A stretch of 61,393 bases of DNA, filler included. It is 7 parts of 7 records of this genome, joined end to end, with 100 filler letters (N's around TTAATTAATTAA, not from the genome) between each part and the next. Parts side by side here need not be neighbours in the genome. Positions count along the whole stretch, not along the records: positions 53,001 to 61,393 come from SRR20825010_6771; 6 more parts are not named here. One strand, 5' to 3'. Position 1 is the first letter of the stretch, and every line of letters begins with the position of its first letter. Below the pieces are notes generated by a model. That model saw only the letters and a program-made list of their open reading frames with translations. It searched no databases and was not told the origin of the DNA. Shown here piece by piece: positions 58,282 through 61,393 of the stretch. Made by a program: the position numbers and the translations under genes.

Positions 58282-59535
58282 CTAAATCTGCTTCCTCAGG
58301 GTAAAGGTGAATTTGTGATCTTCCCATTTGGTGAGATCATCTCCTTCATACCGACGAACCTCTAAAGTAATCTCCTTTCCTGGTTCCGATCTTAACAACT
58401 TATTGATTTCTCCTAGCTCCCAAATGAAGGTTGGTACTTTGTTTATCGTTAATATTTCATCGAAAGCCAAAATGCCTACACGCTGGGCAGGAGATCCTGG
58501 TCTAATTTCTGAAACGTATATCCGATTATCATCATTTGGGATCTTTTTCAATGACATTCCGCTCATATCGTATTCGAAAGGCGTATAAAAATTCTCAGCT
58601 TTTCGCACCAAAAGGCGATTTCTAGGGTAATCAAAAATAAGTCTTGTCCTGCCCAATACCTCTGCGCCCAAGCTCCCATAACGCCCCGAGTTTTGAATCA
58701 CATAGCTAAAAGGCGTTTCATCAGGATAAGAAGTGAGCACTTCATCCAATTTGAAATTGGCCAATTTCATATAATCCACTCGACCAATAAATCCATATAA
58801 AACGCCTCCTAAACTCTGGCCCAAAGCTGATGCTATAAATAGTGGAGGCATGGTAATTTCATCTGTAGTTTCTCGATTAAGCAATAAACCATGATTTGCT
58901 CCAGTGTCGATTAGTAACTTAGGGTAAATAAATGAACCGTCCTTTTGCCTCACTTCAGCATTGATATAAGGTTTGTTATCATCAATACTCATAGCTAGTT
59001 TTCTATAAAAAAGAGGCCTCCATTTCATTGCACTAGTTCTGAAAAAGGATATTTCCCCTTTGTCATAGTTGATTTTGACAGGATTGAATTTGAAAAACTC
59101 AGAACCTAAAATCCCATAAATAGGAATCCCAATAACAGACTCCAACTCTATAAACTCATCCTCTAGGACAAGTATACTTTGGAATATCCCCTCTACTGGA
59201 CCAACATCAAAGTGATTAATGGGAGAAACCGATGCCATCAGGTCATCATTCCCATCTGCTCCCACAAGTTTCAATCGCCTAGTGTACTCTAGTTCCAGAG
59301 CGTCACCAAGTATTTTACTGAATAAAATATTAGAACGAACCCCAGTATCAACTAAGAAATTTAGAGGCGTATTTCCGTTGATTGAAACGGGAATAATGAT
59401 CAGACTATTTGAAGCATAAAATGGAATAACAACCTTACGCTTATCCTCTTTCATAAAAAACCCAGGCACTTGACCTATACAGAGAATCTGCGTAGCCAGT
59501 AGAAGGAAGAGGAAAAGTGGTAAGCGTTTATTCAT
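58282..59535 (-). CDS. Secreted retropepsin-like aspartyl protease with C-terminal PDZ
   Basis: Two DTG motifs (FLVDTG, LLIDTG), GILG and GSLG flaps, and PDZ GSPAQRVGI..DEILTIN. Confidence 0.88.
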   Translation of the reverse strand: MNKRLPLFLFLLLATQILCIGQVPGFFMKEDKRKVVIPFYASNSLIIIPVSINGNTPLNFLVDTGVRSNILFSKILGDALELEYTRRLKLVGADGNDDLMASVSPINHFDVGPVEGIFQSILVLEDEFIELESVIGIPIYGILGSEFFKFNPVKINYDKGEISFFRTSAMKWRPLFYRKLAMSIDDNKPYINAEVRQKDGSFIYPKLLIDTGANHGLLLNRETTDEITMPPLFIASALGQSLGGVLYGFIGRVDYMKLANFKLDEVLTSYPDETPFSYVIQNSGRYGSLGAEVLGRTRLIFDYPRNRLLVRKAENFYTPFEYDMSGMSLKKIPNDDNRIYVSEIRPGSPAQRVGILAFDEILTINKVPTFIWELGEINKLLRSEPGKEITLEVRRYEGDDLTKWEDHKFTFTLRKQI

Positions 59536-59747
59536 ATACTAATGAAACCCTGATGTCACAAATAAGTTACTCGGTTTTTTGGGTTTTAGATGAAATGACC
59601 TTTAAAATCTAATGATTTCACTCCGAGCATTAGCAGAATCAAGCGAGTTAGTTTTAATTAGATTGAAACCAAATTACTGCGATTATGGCCTCAGGTTTGC
59701 CAAAAAATGGATAATGACTCATCTTTATTTCAAATTATTTTGACCCT

Positions 59748-60218
59748 ATGGCAGACAAGGCCCTAATAGAAAAGGCTAAAAAAATCTTTGAAAACTTTCT
59801 TACCAAACAAGGAAGCAGGAAAACTCCTGAAAGATTTTCAGTAATCGACGAACTTTACTCGCTTCCAGAAGATGAGCATATGGACGTAGAAGGTCTATTT
59901 CTAAGTATGAGAAATAAGGGTTATACCATTAGCCGAGCGACCATTTACAACACACTTGACCTTCTCGTAGAAAGTGGATTAGCCGTCAAACACCAATTCA
60001 AAGACAAAGTAGCGCTCTATGAACAAGCGCTGACCTACAAGCATCATGATCATCATGTCTGTAATCAATGTCGTAAAATCAGGGAATTTTCTGATCCAAA
60101 AATCAACGAAATCAAGGACGAAATTGGTAAATCTTTCAGATCAACTATCAAAAGCCATTCACTGGTGCTGTACGGGGATTGCGAGATCCCAAACTGTGAA
60201 AACTTAGTAGAAATTTAA
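59748..60218 (+). CDS. fur: Fur-family transcriptional repressor
   Basis: RKTPERF, SRATIYNTLDLL and HHDHHVCNQC. Confidence 0.88.
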   Translation: MADKALIEKAKKIFENFLTKQGSRKTPERFSVIDELYSLPEDEHMDVEGLFLSMRNKGYTISRATIYNTLDLLVESGLAVKHQFKDKVALYEQALTYKHHDHHVCNQCRKIREFSDPKINEIKDEIGKSFRSTIKSHSLVLYGDCEIPNCENLVEI

Positions 60219-60649
60219 GCAAACACCTTTTTGTAAATAGGTTTTCTATAGGCAAACTGAATGTAAAGAGCAGGATAAAGCAGCAAAGACAAAAGCCCAA
60301 AAGGTGCTTTAAATTCTATTTCATCTCTAATAATTGTGCTAGATCCCTCTTTGATGATCCTGTGCTTATGTTTCCAGCTTTTTAGGAAAAAAGGCAATTC
60401 TACCCCTTCATCCACGAAATAGTATTCTTTAGAATTGGTGTGATTATCAGTGATTGTACTCGTCCATTTCTGCTTGAAAAAAAAGAAATTCAGCTCCATC
60501 GACACCATATCTCCGGTTTCTGATCCATCATACCTTACTAGGTTGACGGGAGGAAATGGAGGGCTTAGTTTAGCAAAAAGAGATTCATTGAAGCCTGCTT
60601 TGACTTTCAAAAAGTCTTGATTTACCTGACAAGAGAGTTCTAATCGCAT
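60215..60649 (-). CDS. SRPBCC-family protein
   Basis: LSPPFP, FVDEGVELPFFLKSWKHKH and QFAYRKPIY; start at 60649 or 60658. Confidence 0.8.
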   Translation of the reverse strand: MRLELSCQVNQDFLKVKAGFNESLFAKLSPPFPPVNLVRYDGSETGDMVSMELNFFFFKQKWTSTITDNHTNSKEYYFVDEGVELPFFLKSWKHKHRIIKEGSSTIIRDEIEFKAPFGLLSLLLYPALYIQFAYRKPIYKKVFA

Positions 60650-60744
60650 AGGAGTCATTTATTTATTGTGAACTCTTATCTACTTCAAATGTTTATTAGC
60701 TGGGAAAAGGAGCTGGGAATCAATCGTAAGAATTCATAAAGCAG

Positions 60745-60752
60745 TAACTTTG
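60745..60752 (+). promoter_or_regulatory. Bacteroidota -7 promoter element for mfd
   Basis: Exact TAACTTTG ending 32 nt before the mfd start. Confidence 0.6.
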
Positions 60753-60784
60753 ACCCACCAACCTAGCATTAAAATCACAAACTA

Positions 60785-61393
60785 TTGGATCGTCAGGACT
60801 TTCTTTCAATCTATCAATCAGACCCCATTTTTCAAACTATCGCGCATGAGATTTCAAGTGGCGATAAGCTTACGTACCAGATAAGGGGATTATCAGGCAG
60901 TTTGGATATGGTGCTATTTGCGGCTCTTTATGCGAGCAAAGGTGGCATCCACCTTATCGTGGCACAGGACAAGGAGGAGGCTGCTTATCTCAATTCTGAT
61001 CTTCAGAATTTGCTGGATAGTGAAGAGCACATGATCTTCCCTTCGAGTTTCAAGAGGGCGTATCAATATGAGGAGATCGACAATGCAAATGTGCTGATGC
61101 GTTCGGAGATTCTCAATCTCGTACTTGAAGAGAAAGGCAAATCACGAATTATCATCACCTATCCAGAAGCAATCTATGAGCGGGTAATCAACAAGCGTTC
61201 GCTTCAGGAAAATACCTTTTCGGCCAGAGTTGGAGAGCAAGTAGACATGGAGTTCGTCACTGAAATCCTGGCTAGCTACGATTTTGAACGAACTGAATTT
61301 GTCTATGAACCAGGGCAATTCGCGATTCGTGGAGGGATTTTGGATGTGTTTTCATTTTCAAACGAGAGCCCTTATAGACTAGAGCTTTTTGGG
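60785..61393 (+). CDS. mfd: Transcription-repair coupling factor, N-terminal part (runs off the window; not in ORF track)
   Basis: Manual translation from TTG: MDRQDFLSIY..RGLSGS..DKEEAAYLNSDL..FVYEPGQFAIRGGILDVFSFSNESPYRLELFG. Confidence 0.92.
   Translation, partial: MDRQDFLSIYQSDPIFQTIAHEISSGDKLTYQIRGLSGSLDMVLFAALYASKGGIHLIVAQDKEEAAYLNSDLQNLLDSEEHMIFPSSFKRAYQYEEIDNANVLMRSEILNLVLEEKGKSRIIITYPEAIYERVINKRSLQENTFSARVGEQVDMEFVTEILASYDFERTEFVYEPGQFAIRGGILDVFSFSNESPYRLELFG

Overview
This window is not one genome locus. It is seven contigs joined by 100-nt N spacers that each carry a TTAATTAATTAA linker (gaps at 15323-15422, 22517-22616, 25819-25918, 34940-35039, 39179-39278 and 52901-53000), so gene neighbourhoods must not be read across gaps. 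Taxonomic calls are inferred from gene style and base composition and suggest a marine metagenome. (1) 1-15322, Planctomycete-like: fdhA, a ~1590-aa sulfatase-LamG-sulfatase-GH43 fusion, and a tripartite RND efflux operon with unusual insertions. (2) 15423-22516, GC-rich alphaproteobacterial prophage head-tail module: lambda-type terminase end, gpW, portal and S49 protease, but a Mu-like gpT capsid. (3) 22617-25818, gammaproteobacterial cysI, DUF934, CPA2 antiporter and sohB. (4) 25919-34939, two RTX Ca-binding proteins flanking a GST. (5) 35040-39178, alphaproteobacterial hemA start, USP, fieF, pdxH, 17-kDa-type lipoprotein and Sel1 protein. (6) 39279-52900, Bacteroidota (Cytophagales-like): porT, menG, PAS kinase, peptidases, bcp, split transketolase, REP/foldback repeats, and a secreted cutinase/PETase-like hydrolase with the Tyr-Met-Trp motif. 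(7) 53001-61393, Bacteroidota: moeA-tauE-mobA-cobA, lemA-TPM-TPM, aspartyl protease-PDZ, fur and the mfd start. The best leads are the PETase-like enzyme, the multi-catalytic sulfatase/GH43 fusion, the hybrid phage head with a nested scaffold, and a structured SD-sequestering leader before the antiporter.
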